Virus record (IMG/VR): IMGVR_UViG_3300042402_003952 | Direction: 5' to 3' (one strand) | DNA from: a virus | Taxonomy: Duplodnaviria; Caudoviricetes | DNA: 64,000 nt | In this document: positions 42,918 through 53,066 of the stretch, piece by piece | Position numbering within the stretch: the stretch's first letter is position 1 | Layout: every line of letters starts with the position of its first letter | Notes under the pieces: generated by a model | The model's database searches: none | Told to the model about the DNA's origin: nothing | The model's input: the letters and a program-made list of their open reading frames with translations, nothing else | Made by a program: the position numbers and the translations under genes

Positions 42918-44336
42918 TTAGAAACCTATATCTCCTTTGTTTAATCCTGAATTGAAGTAATCGTCCTCATAGATTGGTTCAAGTTCGCCAAATCTTAGAG
43001 TTAGTTGATATGATGTCATTGTTTTTCCACTATCATTGAATGTCATATAAGTTCCATCTGGCGTATAATCAACATCACATCCAAGAAGAGCACAATCTTT
43101 AATTCTATTTAATGACGGATGATCCTTTGAACCAGAAATGTATTTTATTTGAAAGATGTTCGGTGCCTTTAAAAATACTGTAGTATTAGAAGTTTTGACC
43201 GACATTCCCTGTTTAAAAAACCTAATAATTTTTTTTACATTTTCTGCTTCTTTAGCACTTCTTGGTGAAAGTCTAAATGTAAAATTAAAATTTCTTAATG
43301 TTGGTCCATTAAAAAGTAATTCTAAATTTGGGTTTAAAATTGCTCCAGTTGTTCTTGATAATAATCCTTGAATACCGACTGCCTCTTGTGCTAAATATAA
43401 TTTAAAAGCATTTTGCAAATCTTTATTATTTTTTAGTTCTTTTAAATTTTGAGAAACTTTTCCGAATATATCAGATGCCAAATCTGCTACACTACCATTT
43501 TCGTCCATAGCACCTCTTGCTATGGATGCTGCATATGCTTGAATTGGATTAAGTGGTGTTCCTCCCCATTCCACTCCATTACTATCACTAATAGAAGGTT
43601 GAATAGGTAGCGTAACTGTTCCTACTATTTCTGTCCCTCTTCTTGTAGTGGCACCGGGACCCGAAATTTTTGTATTTCCAATTGTTTCTTCTGATATTGC
43701 GCCTAGACTTCTGCCTACATATCTAAACATCTTAAATTGAATACAATCTTGTGTATCTAAATTTAATTTGAAAGGATATCTTAAATCATCAATGCTTCCA
43801 TAATTAGTTTCTATTTTTTCAGTATTATCTGATAGCTCTTTATTTCCATCATTTATTTCTAAATTTGCTGGATTGACGTTATCGAGATTAACCGATTCTT
43901 TAGTTGTAGTTCCTAGTGGTTCAGGTTGGTTTGGATCAGATCCTATAGGAGCTTTATTAGGTGCAACTTGTAAGATTTGTGTGGCTTGTTGTTTAGTTAC
44001 TCCAGCAGATTTACTTAGTGCATTTGTTGTTGCATCATCTAAAGAAGTGGTTAAACTACTTGGACTATTTTCAATAAGTGCTTTTTGAAATCCAGTTCCA
44101 GCAGCAGGCGTAAAAATCCAATTATTTTTATTTGTTACATCTCTTTCTCCTAAATTAGTCCAATTCGTTAAAGGAGTAAAAGGTTCTGGTCTATATTGAA
44201 CAGTGTATCTAATTGGTGCTGTCGTACTTAAAGTTCCCTGAACTCCAAGTCCGGTTTGATATTCAGTTGCTGTTCTAACCTGATATTTTTTTCCTTCTAT
44301 GGTTATTATTTTTTCTCCACTAAAAGCTGATGCCAT
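42918..44336 (-). CDS. 48: baseplate tail-tube cap gp48
   Basis: LRYP, NPNLELLFNGPTLRNFNFTF, VDYTPDG, LRFGELEP. Confidence 0.85.
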   Translation of the reverse strand: MASAFSGEKIITIEGKKYQVRTATEYQTGLGVQGTLSTTAPIRYTVQYRPEPFTPLTNWTNLGERDVTNKNNWIFTPAAGTGFQKALIENSPSSLTTSLDDATTNALSKSAGVTKQQATQILQVAPNKAPIGSDPNQPEPLGTTTKESVNLDNVNPANLEINDGNKELSDNTEKIETNYGSIDDLRYPFKLNLDTQDCIQFKMFRYVGRSLGAISEETIGNTKISGPGATTRRGTEIVGTVTLPIQPSISDSNGVEWGGTPLNPIQAYAASIARGAMDENGSVADLASDIFGKVSQNLKELKNNKDLQNAFKLYLAQEAVGIQGLLSRTTGAILNPNLELLFNGPTLRNFNFTFRLSPRSAKEAENVKKIIRFFKQGMSVKTSNTTVFLKAPNIFQIKYISGSKDHPSLNRIKDCALLGCDVDYTPDGTYMTFNDSGKTMTSYQLTLRFGELEPIYEDDYFNSGLNKGDIGF

Positions 44337-44415
44337 CAGAAATCTCTCCCGTTTACAAGGTGAGCCAGTATCTCAAGTTTTTGTAAAGTAAGAGACATTT
44401 ATAGATGTTTTTTAT

Positions 44416-44802
44416 TTATTTAGTTCTGAATTTTGCATATTGAAGAGAACGAAAATAATCAATTTCATTTGGTTTGATTTCTAATAGTCTACTATTAACT
44501 TCAAACCAGGTGTAGTTTCTAACTGTTCCCCAATGAAAATTAAGACCACGAAATCCCCACTTTTCGATGGAAAGAGTTGCAATTAGTGGAAATTCGTCAT
44601 ATCTTAATCCTTTTGTTTTTGCTGAGTATATGAAGGTATAATATTTTCCAACGTCAGGAACAAAGTCTCCTTCACGAAAGACTTCCATGATAGTCATCAT
44701 AATATCATCAGGTTTGGTATATTTGTATTTCTTTAGTTTCGCTTTTAGTTCATTAACTCTTTTTGAACTTGATTCAATATATTGACCGAAACCTTTTGCC
44801 AT
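44416..44802 (-). CDS. 2: DNA end protector gp2-like
   Basis: YYTFIYSAKT...YDEFPLI...GLNFHW. Confidence 0.75.
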   Translation of the reverse strand: MAKGFGQYIESSSKRVNELKAKLKKYKYTKPDDIMMTIMEVFREGDFVPDVGKYYTFIYSAKTKGLRYDEFPLIATLSIEKWGFRGLNFHWGTVRNYTWFEVNSRLLEIKPNEIDYFRSLQYAKFRTK

Positions 44803-45245
44803 TACTTAATACCTAGATTATCTTCTGTGATAATTTTGAATCCTATCATTCTATCAGCACAAAATTCTTTTGCTGCCTCCCACTTTGCTTGATTGACTGC
44901 ATAAGTTTTTGCTTCGTGTATGTATGATTTTGTCACTCTTGATTTTTTCTGTGGAGGAACAGTTTGTTTCTTTGGTTTTACTTCAATCACATAAGTTTTA
45001 ATTTCGCCAGTTTGCTCTTTAACTTTGATAATAAAGTCTGGAAAATACTTATGAACTCTATTATCAATTGGTGATATGTAAGGAATGTAAAATTCTTCAC
45101 TGCCCCAAGAAATTATATGCTCACTTAAATCGCACCAACGACAAAACTTTCGTTCCCAACTACTTCTACAAATAATATTGTTGGGATTCCCTTTGTATTT
45201 TTGAGGATACTCTGGTTTGTATTTGCTCTTAATACTTTCTGCCAT
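44802..45245 (-). CDS. 4: head completion nuclease gp4
   Basis: KYKPEYPQKYKG, RSSWERKF, WGSEE, YFPDF, IEVKP. Confidence 0.92.
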   Translation of the reverse strand: MAESIKSKYKPEYPQKYKGNPNNIICRSSWERKFCRWCDLSEHIISWGSEEFYIPYISPIDNRVHKYFPDFIIKVKEQTGEIKTYVIEVKPKKQTVPPQKKSRVTKSYIHEAKTYAVNQAKWEAAKEFCADRMIGFKIITEDNLGIK

Positions 45246-45288
45246 TATCCAGACTACATAATATATCAGTAGAAATATTTATAGATAG

Positions 45289-46143
45289 ATGCCTTCGCCA
45301 TCACCAAGACCTAGAACAGTATCTGAGTTAAAGTCATCTATATTAAATCCCGCATTAACTTCTCACTTTGAGTGCTCTTTTAATCCGCCGCAACCTGTAA
45401 GAGATTGGGTTAATTTGCATAGAAACAATGCGGGACTTGGAAATGGTTATGGATTTGAAATTAGTGGATCGTCTGCAGAGTTCTTTAACCTATCTTGTTC
45501 CGATGCATCATTACCTGGTTCTTCATTAGCAACTCATGAAATTAATAATGACTTCACCGGAGTAACTGAAAGGCACGTATACAGAAGACAGTATGATGAT
45601 AGAGCAGACTTTACTTTCTATGTTGATCATGATTATAATATAATTTTCTTTTTTGAGAATTGGATGTCTTACATTGTAAACGAACAGTATACTAATGTTG
45701 CGACTGGAGTTCCAAATGCAGGAATAGAATTGCCTAATTTTAATTACAGAGTTAATTTTCCTGGATTAGGAGATGGTGATGGATATAAAACAACAATATA
45801 TCTTAAAAAATTTGAGAGAGACTACACCGGAAGAGTATTGCAGTATAGATTTTTGAATGCATATCCAATTAGTATTAATTCAATGCCAGTTTCTTATGAT
45901 TCATCTCAATTACTAAAATGCACTGTCTCCTTTAATTATTCAAGATATATTGTTGGTGGTGGTGATATTCTTGTTCCACCAAAACAAGAGCAAACTCCAA
46001 CACAACAAGCTGAACAGCAAGCAGTACAACAAGCACCTGCTTCTTCTCCAGGAAATCCAGTAGTTCCTGATGAATTAGTTGAGTATGGAGTATGGCCTAG
46101 ACCGTTGACAAATTATGCTGGGCAACGTCTATTTCCAGACTAA
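45289..46143 (+). CDS. tail-tube initiator / gp54-gp19-like protein
   Basis: ASLPG, TFYVD, AYPISI, VSFNY tube-fold motifs. Confidence 0.75.
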   Translation: MPSPSPRPRTVSELKSSILNPALTSHFECSFNPPQPVRDWVNLHRNNAGLGNGYGFEISGSSAEFFNLSCSDASLPGSSLATHEINNDFTGVTERHVYRRQYDDRADFTFYVDHDYNIIFFFENWMSYIVNEQYTNVATGVPNAGIELPNFNYRVNFPGLGDGDGYKTTIYLKKFERDYTGRVLQYRFLNAYPISINSMPVSYDSSQLLKCTVSFNYSRYIVGGGDILVPPKQEQTPTQQAEQQAVQQAPASSPGNPVVPDELVEYGVWPRPLTNYAGQRLFPD

Positions 46144-46173
46144 ATAATCATACTGAAACTTCTATAGGTTATT

Positions 46174-46893
46174 ATGCCTTTACCAAAGATCTCTACGCCA
46201 ACACATGAGTTGGAACTACCTTCTACTGGGCAAACGATTCAGTATCGCCCTTTTCTTGTGCGAGAAGAAAAACTTCTTGTATTAGCACTTGAAAGTGAGA
46301 ATACCAAAGAAATTACAACAGCAATTAAGAACGTTATTAAGAATTGTATTCAAACAAAAGGAGTAAAGGTAGAATCGCTACCTACTTTTGATATTGAGTA
46401 TCTTTTCCTTAATATTCGCGGTAAATCTGTTGGAGAAGAGATTGAAGTTAATATTGTTTGTCCAGATGATGGAGAAACTTATGTTCCAGTGAAGATTGAT
46501 ATTGATGAAATTAAAGTGCAAAAAAATGAAGAGCATACAACTAAAATTCAAGTAGATCAATCTATCGTGATGGAAATGAAGTATCCGTCATTGGATCAAT
46601 TCATTAAAAATAACTTTGATTTTAATGAAAACAATTCAATGGATCAGTCATTTGATCTAGTTGCTTCTTGTGTAGACAAGATTTATAATGAAGAAGAAGT
46701 CTGGTCTGCTGCTGATGTAACAAAGAAAGAACTGATTGAGTTTTTGGATCAAATGAACTCATCTCAATTCAAACAGATTGAAAAGTTCTTTGAAACAATG
46801 CCAAAACTTTCTCATACTGTTAAAGTCAAGAATCCAAATACTGAAGTTGAAAGTGAAGTTGTGTTGGAGGGTTTGTCCAGTTTTTTCGCATAG
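46174..46893 (+). CDS. 26: baseplate hub assembly protein gp26
   Basis: MPLPKI, YRPFLVREEKLL, DIEYLFLNIRGKSVGE, FFETMPKL; ends AGT TTT TTC GCA TAG. Confidence 0.92.
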   Translation: MPLPKISTPTHELELPSTGQTIQYRPFLVREEKLLVLALESENTKEITTAIKNVIKNCIQTKGVKVESLPTFDIEYLFLNIRGKSVGEEIEVNIVCPDDGETYVPVKIDIDEIKVQKNEEHTTKIQVDQSIVMEMKYPSLDQFIKNNFDFNENNSMDQSFDLVASCVDKIYNEEEVWSAADVTKKELIEFLDQMNSSQFKQIEKFFETMPKLSHTVKVKNPNTEVESEVVLEGLSSFFA

Positions 46894-47066
46894 GACTTTG
46901 TTATATAGATTTGGAAAATTATTACAAACTTAATTTTTCATTGATGCAATACCATAAATGGAGTTTATGGGAAATTGAAGGACTGATGCCTTGGGAAAGA
47001 GATGTTTATGTTTCTTTATTAAAAAATTACTTGGAAGAAGAAAAAGCAAAACAACAGCAACAATAG
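46884..47066 (+). CDS. 51: gp51-like baseplate hub assembly chaperone segment in the -1 frame of gp26
   Basis: IGLCYIDLENYYKLNFSLMQYHKWSLWEIEGLMPWERDVYVSLL...; the first possible starts are TTG 46911 and ATG 46944. Confidence 0.8.
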   Translation, partial: FRIGLCYIDLENYYKLNFSLMQYHKWSLWEIEGLMPWERDVYVSLLKNYLEEEKAKQQQQ

Positions 47067-47081
47067 TAATAATAATTTAAA

Positions 47082-47741
47082 TTAATTAATTTGAATTCTA
47101 TTTGCAGGATCAATTCCTCTTTTTTTCTGGTATCTTGTTAATGGTCCCGCAGTGCTTATGAAATTACTTATGGTGCATTTATATTTTTTGCTATTTGTTA
47201 TATTTGCACCTTTTATTCCGTCTTCTCTCATTTGTTCTTTTGTTCTATCAAAATATCCAATTTTTAGATCTTTTACTTTATAACCACCACTTCTTCCATC
47301 TAATATTTTTTGGTTTTTATTTCTAGCAAAAATTCCTTTTTTTAATTTTTTTACTTTTTCTCCGGATTTTTTTCTTGCTTTTTGTTTTTCTTCTTCAGTT
47401 ATTCCGTATATTCCTTTTTTTAAATTTAGACTATTAAATCCATTCTTTCTTTTTGTATCTAGTGAAAAATTTCCACCGCATCCTTCATTCAAACACCAAG
47501 GATCATTAAGAACTGGTTTTATCAATCTATCCTCTACCTTTCTACATTTTTCATAACCCTCATCAGAGTAATCAAATATCTCTAATATCTGTTTCTTTGG
47601 AGTATAAAGTTCCCAACCCCATTTGTTTGTTTTAGGTGAACCCCAGTACTCTTGATTATAATATTTTTCTTTTTTACTTCCATAGTAATAATACGGAACT
47701 TCTTCAAAGGTAATCTTATACGTATAGATACATGGTTTCAT
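47082..47741 (-). CDS. GIY-YIG-like homing endonuclease, opposite orientation
   Basis: IYTYKITF...YYYYGS, YWGS, CLNEGCGG; AT-rich; flanked by a duplicated gp51 3' end. Confidence 0.75.
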   Translation of the reverse strand: MKPCIYTYKITFEEVPYYYYGSKKEKYYNQEYWGSPKTNKWGWELYTPKKQILEIFDYSDEGYEKCRKVEDRLIKPVLNDPWCLNEGCGGNFSLDTKRKNGFNSLNLKKGIYGITEEEKQKARKKSGEKVKKLKKGIFARNKNQKILDGRSGGYKVKDLKIGYFDRTKEQMREDGIKGANITNSKKYKCTISNFISTAGPLTRYQKKRGIDPANRIQIN

Positions 47742-47887
47742 AATTCTACTCTAGATGTCTGCATTTATATTTATAAAATAGAGGGAATTTCACCCTCTTC
47801 CTGAAGTTTGCAGACATCCAGGTATCGTTATTTATGCTGTTGATAAATATAATTATCTAGAAGAAGAAAAAGAAAAGCAGCAACAAA

Positions 47888-49969
47888 ATGGGACCTGACG
47901 AACTAGACGATCTACTGGCAAGTATTAGAGCGGAATCTAAAAGAGAATCCGCTTCAACTTTGTATGAAGGAACTGCAGAAGAGGATCTTGTAAACGAAGA
48001 AGTAGATGAAAGAGTTTTAACTTTACTTGGTCTTAATGAAGTTTTTGATATTGATTATGGAACTTATATCTCTCTTTTAAAAGAAAAATTAGTTGCGTCT
48101 AGAAATTTTGATAAAAAACTTTCCACTGAAGAAGATGAGTTATTAGTTGGAGAGTTTAAAAGAGTAAAAGGAAAAGTAGGTAAATTCAAATTAAAAAGAA
48201 AGAAAGTTACTTCGGATAATATTGGAGTAACTGGTCCTATTCGTGTATCATCAGACAAGTTTTTATTGACTGGAAAGGCAATAGTTCCAGAAACTGCTCC
48301 AGCAGAAACTTCTAGTGACATCGTAGATATTCAGAAAGCATTAGATAATATTCTAAAAAATCTTTCACTCCAAAATAAAGAAAAGAAAAAGGCGAGTGAA
48401 GATGAGAGAAAGAAGAGTGAAGATAGAAGAAGAAAAAAAAGAGAAGGTGATTTAGAAAAACCGCTTACACAACTAAAGGCACTTGCAAAGAAAATCATTG
48501 CACCCGCTCAAGGTATTCTTGATCGTATTTTCAGGTTTATTAAATTCACTTTACTTGGTTATGCTTTTAATCAGTTAATAAAATGGTTTAATGATCCTAA
48601 AAATGCTGACAAAATAAAAGTACTTGGTAGGTTTTTAAAGGATTGGTGGCCTTCATTACTTTCTGCTTATGTATTATTTGCAACTCCATTTGGTAAGTTC
48701 ATACGTGGAACTCTTAAAATGTTAAGAGGATTTATTCCTCAAATTGCAAGATTCATTGCGGCAAATCCAGTTTTGGTAGCAACTGCGGCAGCAGGAGTAG
48801 GTGCTTATGTAATATCTCAAAAAAATGAGTCATATAGAGAGGAACTTAAAAAAACCCAACCGTCTATTGTCACTCCAAAGGAAACTAAAGAAACTGGAAA
48901 GACGCCTGGAGTTCCTCAACTACAGCAAGAACAAGTGTTCCAAAGAGGATTGGGTGGAGCATTTAAAGGTGGAGGTATTGTTCCTAGAATTAGAAAGTCT
49001 TTCTTTGGTGGTGGTTTAATCCAAAGAGAAATAGATGCAAGAGATATTGCATTTGAAGGTGGTGGTGGAATTAGTGATGATACAGGTGTAAGAATTAAAG
49101 GTGCAGGTGTTGATACGCAACTGATTGCTGCAAGACCTGGTGAAGTCGTAATGTCAAAAGAAGCAGTTGACAAATATGGTGCAAACTTCTTCTTGGATCT
49201 AAACAAAAAAGGTGGTGGAACTGGTGTTCCAAGAATGGTAAACAATATTCAACTTGCTGCTGGAGGTGGATTAATTAAGAGAACAATTAAGTCCTATCAA
49301 GGTGGTGGAATGATTGGTTCTCTTGGTAGAGTTCTTCCTGGAACAGGAAGTGTTATGGCACCTAGAGGTATGAATCTTGGATATCAAAATAAGTTTTTAG
49401 GAATGAATGTTGGTGGAGTAAAAAATCTACCACTCAATCAAACATATTCCCCAGATGCGGTCAAGAGATATAATGCAAATTCAAGTGCTCCAAGTTCTTT
49501 AGTTAAATTTGGAACTGGACCCCTTGCAGAAAGATCTGTAAGTATTCCAAAATCATCTTCATCTAAAAACTCTTTTGCAATACCACCAAGTAGTGTTTCT
49601 AGACCACCAATGTCAAAACCACCGACTGGTCTTAATTTGAATCTGAAGCAAAATATTCAAACCATTCGTGATGCTTCAAACAGACAAGAAAAGATGATGA
49701 GAGAACTTGGTGTTGAACCTGATGGATATGTAAATCTCCGTGGACAACCTCTTAATCTTGGTCCACAAAGTCGCTCTATGGCACCTCCAGGACCTCCTGT
49801 AATCTATACAAAGACAACTTATACAGTTCTTCCACCAATTAAAGCACCAACTAAGACGCCTGCAATTGCAAGAGGTTCTAAAATTCCAGAATTTTCAGTT
49901 TCAAGTGTCAATGATACACGCTCAAAAAATGCTTCAATTTTAGGAATTGCTGATCTTATAGGAGCATAA
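47888..49969 (+). CDS. baseplate hub / tape-measure-like protein (gp29-like)
   Basis: Coiled-coil N-terminus, hydrophobic middle, DTQLIAARPGEVVM motif, Gly/Pro-rich tail; follows gp26/51. Confidence 0.55.
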   Translation: MGPDELDDLLASIRAESKRESASTLYEGTAEEDLVNEEVDERVLTLLGLNEVFDIDYGTYISLLKEKLVASRNFDKKLSTEEDELLVGEFKRVKGKVGKFKLKRKKVTSDNIGVTGPIRVSSDKFLLTGKAIVPETAPAETSSDIVDIQKALDNILKNLSLQNKEKKKASEDERKKSEDRRRKKREGDLEKPLTQLKALAKKIIAPAQGILDRIFRFIKFTLLGYAFNQLIKWFNDPKNADKIKVLGRFLKDWWPSLLSAYVLFATPFGKFIRGTLKMLRGFIPQIARFIAANPVLVATAAAGVGAYVISQKNESYREELKKTQPSIVTPKETKETGKTPGVPQLQQEQVFQRGLGGAFKGGGIVPRIRKSFFGGGLIQREIDARDIAFEGGGGISDDTGVRIKGAGVDTQLIAARPGEVVMSKEAVDKYGANFFLDLNKKGGGTGVPRMVNNIQLAAGGGLIKRTIKSYQGGGMIGSLGRVLPGTGSVMAPRGMNLGYQNKFLGMNVGGVKNLPLNQTYSPDAVKRYNANSSAPSSLVKFGTGPLAERSVSIPKSSSSKNSFAIPPSSVSRPPMSKPPTGLNLNLKQNIQTIRDASNRQEKMMRELGVEPDGYVNLRGQPLNLGPQSRSMAPPGPPVIYTKTTYTVLPPIKAPTKTPAIARGSKIPEFSVSSVNDTRSKNASILGIADLIGA

Positions 49970-49973
49970 TAAG

Positions 49974-52900
49974 ATGGCAACGATAGATTCTAGAAAACTA
50001 TTACCATCAAGCACTAAAGGTAGTGCGATTGATAAACCAAAGTTTCTTGTTCCTATTAAAAATATTTCCACTAAAAAAATTAGTGGATCTGATTTAAAAC
50101 CAATTGATAAAAAAACAGAAACTTCTGGATCTCTTGTTGTTTTAAAGAAAAAGATTATCAAACTTGATAGTCTAATTCAAAATAATCTACTGATAGACCA
50201 AAAAGAAAGAACAAGAAAAAGAAAAGAAGAGGAAAGATCAAAGGTAGAAAAAAGAGAAGCAGATCTTGAAAAAGGAGTAAAGAAAAATAATGTAAGAATA
50301 AATTTAATTTCATCTATTCCTGGACAAAGTATTCTTGATAAAATTAATCGTTTTATTGGATTTACTTTACTTGGTTATTTGTTCAACAAGTATGGAGAAC
50401 TTCTTCCAAAACTTATGGAGTTTGGAAAGGTTCTAAAACCAGTTGCAGAGTTTGTTGAAAGTTTTGCTAAAAATCTTCTTAAAGGTGTAATTGATTTTGT
50501 TGAATTTGGTTATAAGGCATACGATAAGACAAGAGATTTTGTTAAACAGATAGGCGGAGAAGGAGCACAAAAAACATTTGATGAGTTTTCAAAGCAGTTA
50601 AATCTTCTTTTGAATGGAGCTATAGCAGCTTCAATGTTGATTGCAAGTAGTAAACCCAAACCTACATCTACTGGTAGTGGTTCTTTCGGTGCAGGATACG
50701 CTTCAGGATATGCTGCTGGACTTTCTGCTAGTCGTGGAGGTAGACCTGGAGCTGGATTTAGAGATCCATCAAGATATCGTTCTCCTGGACAAGCAAGATC
50801 TGGCGGATTTGATCTGGAACAAACTAGAAGAATAAACACTCAAGCAAATAGTGCAGCACCAACTGGCCCAAAAGGACCTTTAGATAGGATTAGTCGTGGT
50901 ATTAGAGGAGCGGGAGCACAACTTGAAACTGGAACTTTATTTAAAAGAGGTGCAGGACTTCAAAAATCTTTATATAATGCTCCAGGAAAAATAAAAAGTA
51001 TATCATCAAAACTTGGTGGATTTGGTGGAAAGATATTTGGCAGAATTCCAATTATTGGTGGATTAATTAATTTTGCAATTAGTCTTGCTTTAGGTGAAGA
51101 TCCCGGAAGAGCAGCGGCTAAAGCGGTTGGTTCTACTGCTGGCGCTGCCTTGGGGACATTTATTCCTGTTCCTGGTGTTGGAACTATTCTTGGTGGTATT
51201 CTTGGTGATATTGCCGGTGGAGCATTATATGATACTCTAATTGGCAATAAACAAAAACCACAAGGTCGGGCAGAAGGTGGACAAGTAACTAGAGGCGGTC
51301 AATCGACAGTAGCACCTTCAAGAAGGATAAAAAAACCGGTAAGAAAAGCACCACCAAGAATTCAACCACAAAAAACACAACCAGGAAAAGATGTTGGTGG
51401 CAAATTAAAGATTGAAGAACTTTATGGTAAGGACGAACCAGGAAAGAGAAGTGCATTAAGAGCACTCCGAAAGAGTTCTGATGATGTTAAGAGGATGAAA
51501 TCCATTAACGGACTTGCTGGTTCAATGTTTGGTGCTGGTATTGATATGGCACTTGGACAAAAGCCAGATAAAAATCTTTCAAAAAATCTTGGAAATATTT
51601 TTGGATCTGTGATTGCTTCTGCAGTTGATATGGAACTTAATAACTCTCTTGGTGATATTTCTAAAACTATTGCGATGGCAAATGGTGGCGTAGTTCCTTC
51701 ACGAGAGATTGGAAAGAGTTTGAGTATTGGTGAAAGAATAGGTAGTTTTATTTCAAGAGCACTTGCAGTTTCTATTGAGAGTTCCGCTTCAAAGATACTT
51801 CAGAATTTACGTAATGAAATGAATTTGGAAGGTGGTGCTCCTGGCACAACACCTTCCGACGGTGGACCTGGTGGTGGCGGTGGAGAAATTCCAGGCGATG
51901 CTCCACCAGAAGTTAAGGCAATGCTTGAAGCAATTTCTGCTGGGGAAGGAAGTTGGGATTCTGTAAATCCATCAACAACAGTACCTGGATTAAGTAATAT
52001 GACAATTGCTGATGCTCGTAAGGCTGCAATAGCAAAAGGTGTGGATCAACTTGGCGGATCTGGTGCGATGGGTAAGTGGCAGCAAATGCCGGCATTTATT
52101 CTTGAAAGAGCAAGAGATGTGGGGTTAGATCCAAATAAAGATAAATTTAATCCAGAAAATCAAACCAAAATTGCTAGAATGTTGATGGCATCCGTTTATC
52201 CCGGAGGAGAATCACAATTAGTTAAAGATGCTCAGAGAGATCCAATGTCTGCTGCAGCAAAGTTGAGAGGAACATGGCCTTCTTTGCCTGGAGGAAGTCA
52301 AGCAAATACTAAAGAGAAGAAATTTAGAGAAAATTTTGCAAAAGCTTTGCAATCATACAAGTCTCCAAGTGCAGTTCTAACAAAAGGTTCTTTTGCATCA
52401 GTTCTTCCAAGAGGAAATCCACAATTTACTAGTGGTTTTGGTTCTAGATGGGGAAGAAACCATCAAGGTATTGATATTGGTGTTGATGCAAATTCTCCAG
52501 TTACTGCTCTACAGGATGGAAAGGTAGTTGCAATTTATAAAAACTTTGGAGGACATGGAGTAGGAATTGTTGTTCAGCATTCTGATGGAACTAAAATCGT
52601 TTATGGACACGTAAATGCAAATGTAAGAGAGGGAGATACAGTTAAAAAGGGACAAACAATAGCAACAGTTAAAGGTTGGTTTAACGCATATGGAAATAAA
52701 GATAATACGCACTTGCACCTAGAAAGATATGTTGGTGGAGCTGCTACAGATCCAACAGGATATTTAAATTCACTATCTAAATCACAACCAGATACTCGTC
52801 CAGCATCCTCACCACCTTCTCAGGTTAGAACTAAATTAACTAGAAGTAATCAGTGGGACCCTTCTAAGTCTGGACTTAAGTTTAATGAAAAAACTGGAAT

Positions 52901-53042
52901 GTATGAAAAAGCATCACTTGCACCATCACAATCCTCATCAGTTGCCTCTTTAAATAAATCTGGCATTTTAAAGGAGGATACATCCACAATGATTTACAAT
53001 AATAATGCAGTTGCTATTCTTCCAATTGAAGTTACTGCGTAA
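49974..53042 (+). CDS. tape-measure-like virion protein with lambda-type muramidase and M23 peptidase domains
   Basis: MLEAISAGEG...GKWQ...TWPSLPG (lambda R-like); NHQGIDIG...HLHLE (M23 HxxxD / HxH). Confidence 0.75.
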   Translation: MATIDSRKLLPSSTKGSAIDKPKFLVPIKNISTKKISGSDLKPIDKKTETSGSLVVLKKKIIKLDSLIQNNLLIDQKERTRKRKEEERSKVEKREADLEKGVKKNNVRINLISSIPGQSILDKINRFIGFTLLGYLFNKYGELLPKLMEFGKVLKPVAEFVESFAKNLLKGVIDFVEFGYKAYDKTRDFVKQIGGEGAQKTFDEFSKQLNLLLNGAIAASMLIASSKPKPTSTGSGSFGAGYASGYAAGLSASRGGRPGAGFRDPSRYRSPGQARSGGFDLEQTRRINTQANSAAPTGPKGPLDRISRGIRGAGAQLETGTLFKRGAGLQKSLYNAPGKIKSISSKLGGFGGKIFGRIPIIGGLINFAISLALGEDPGRAAAKAVGSTAGAALGTFIPVPGVGTILGGILGDIAGGALYDTLIGNKQKPQGRAEGGQVTRGGQSTVAPSRRIKKPVRKAPPRIQPQKTQPGKDVGGKLKIEELYGKDEPGKRSALRALRKSSDDVKRMKSINGLAGSMFGAGIDMALGQKPDKNLSKNLGNIFGSVIASAVDMELNNSLGDISKTIAMANGGVVPSREIGKSLSIGERIGSFISRALAVSIESSASKILQNLRNEMNLEGGAPGTTPSDGGPGGGGGEIPGDAPPEVKAMLEAISAGEGSWDSVNPSTTVPGLSNMTIADARKAAIAKGVDQLGGSGAMGKWQQMPAFILERARDVGLDPNKDKFNPENQTKIARMLMASVYPGGESQLVKDAQRDPMSAAAKLRGTWPSLPGGSQANTKEKKFRENFAKALQSYKSPSAVLTKGSFASVLPRGNPQFTSGFGSRWGRNHQGIDIGVDANSPVTALQDGKVVAIYKNFGGHGVGIVVQHSDGTKIVYGHVNANVREGDTVKKGQTIATVKGWFNAYGNKDNTHLHLERYVGGAATDPTGYLNSLSKSQPDTRPASSPPSQVRTKLTRSNQWDPSKSGLKFNEKTGMYEKASLAPSQSSSVASLNKSGILKEDTSTMIYNNNAVAILPIEVTA

Positions 53043-53066
53043 ATAGTAATACGGTAAATAAAAATT

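Noticed and set aside
44340-44400. Hairpin between gp2 and gp48 (TTTACAA/TTGTAAA, TGAG/CTCA)
   Set aside because: AT-rich and short, so it could be chance or a simple processing signal; not enough support.
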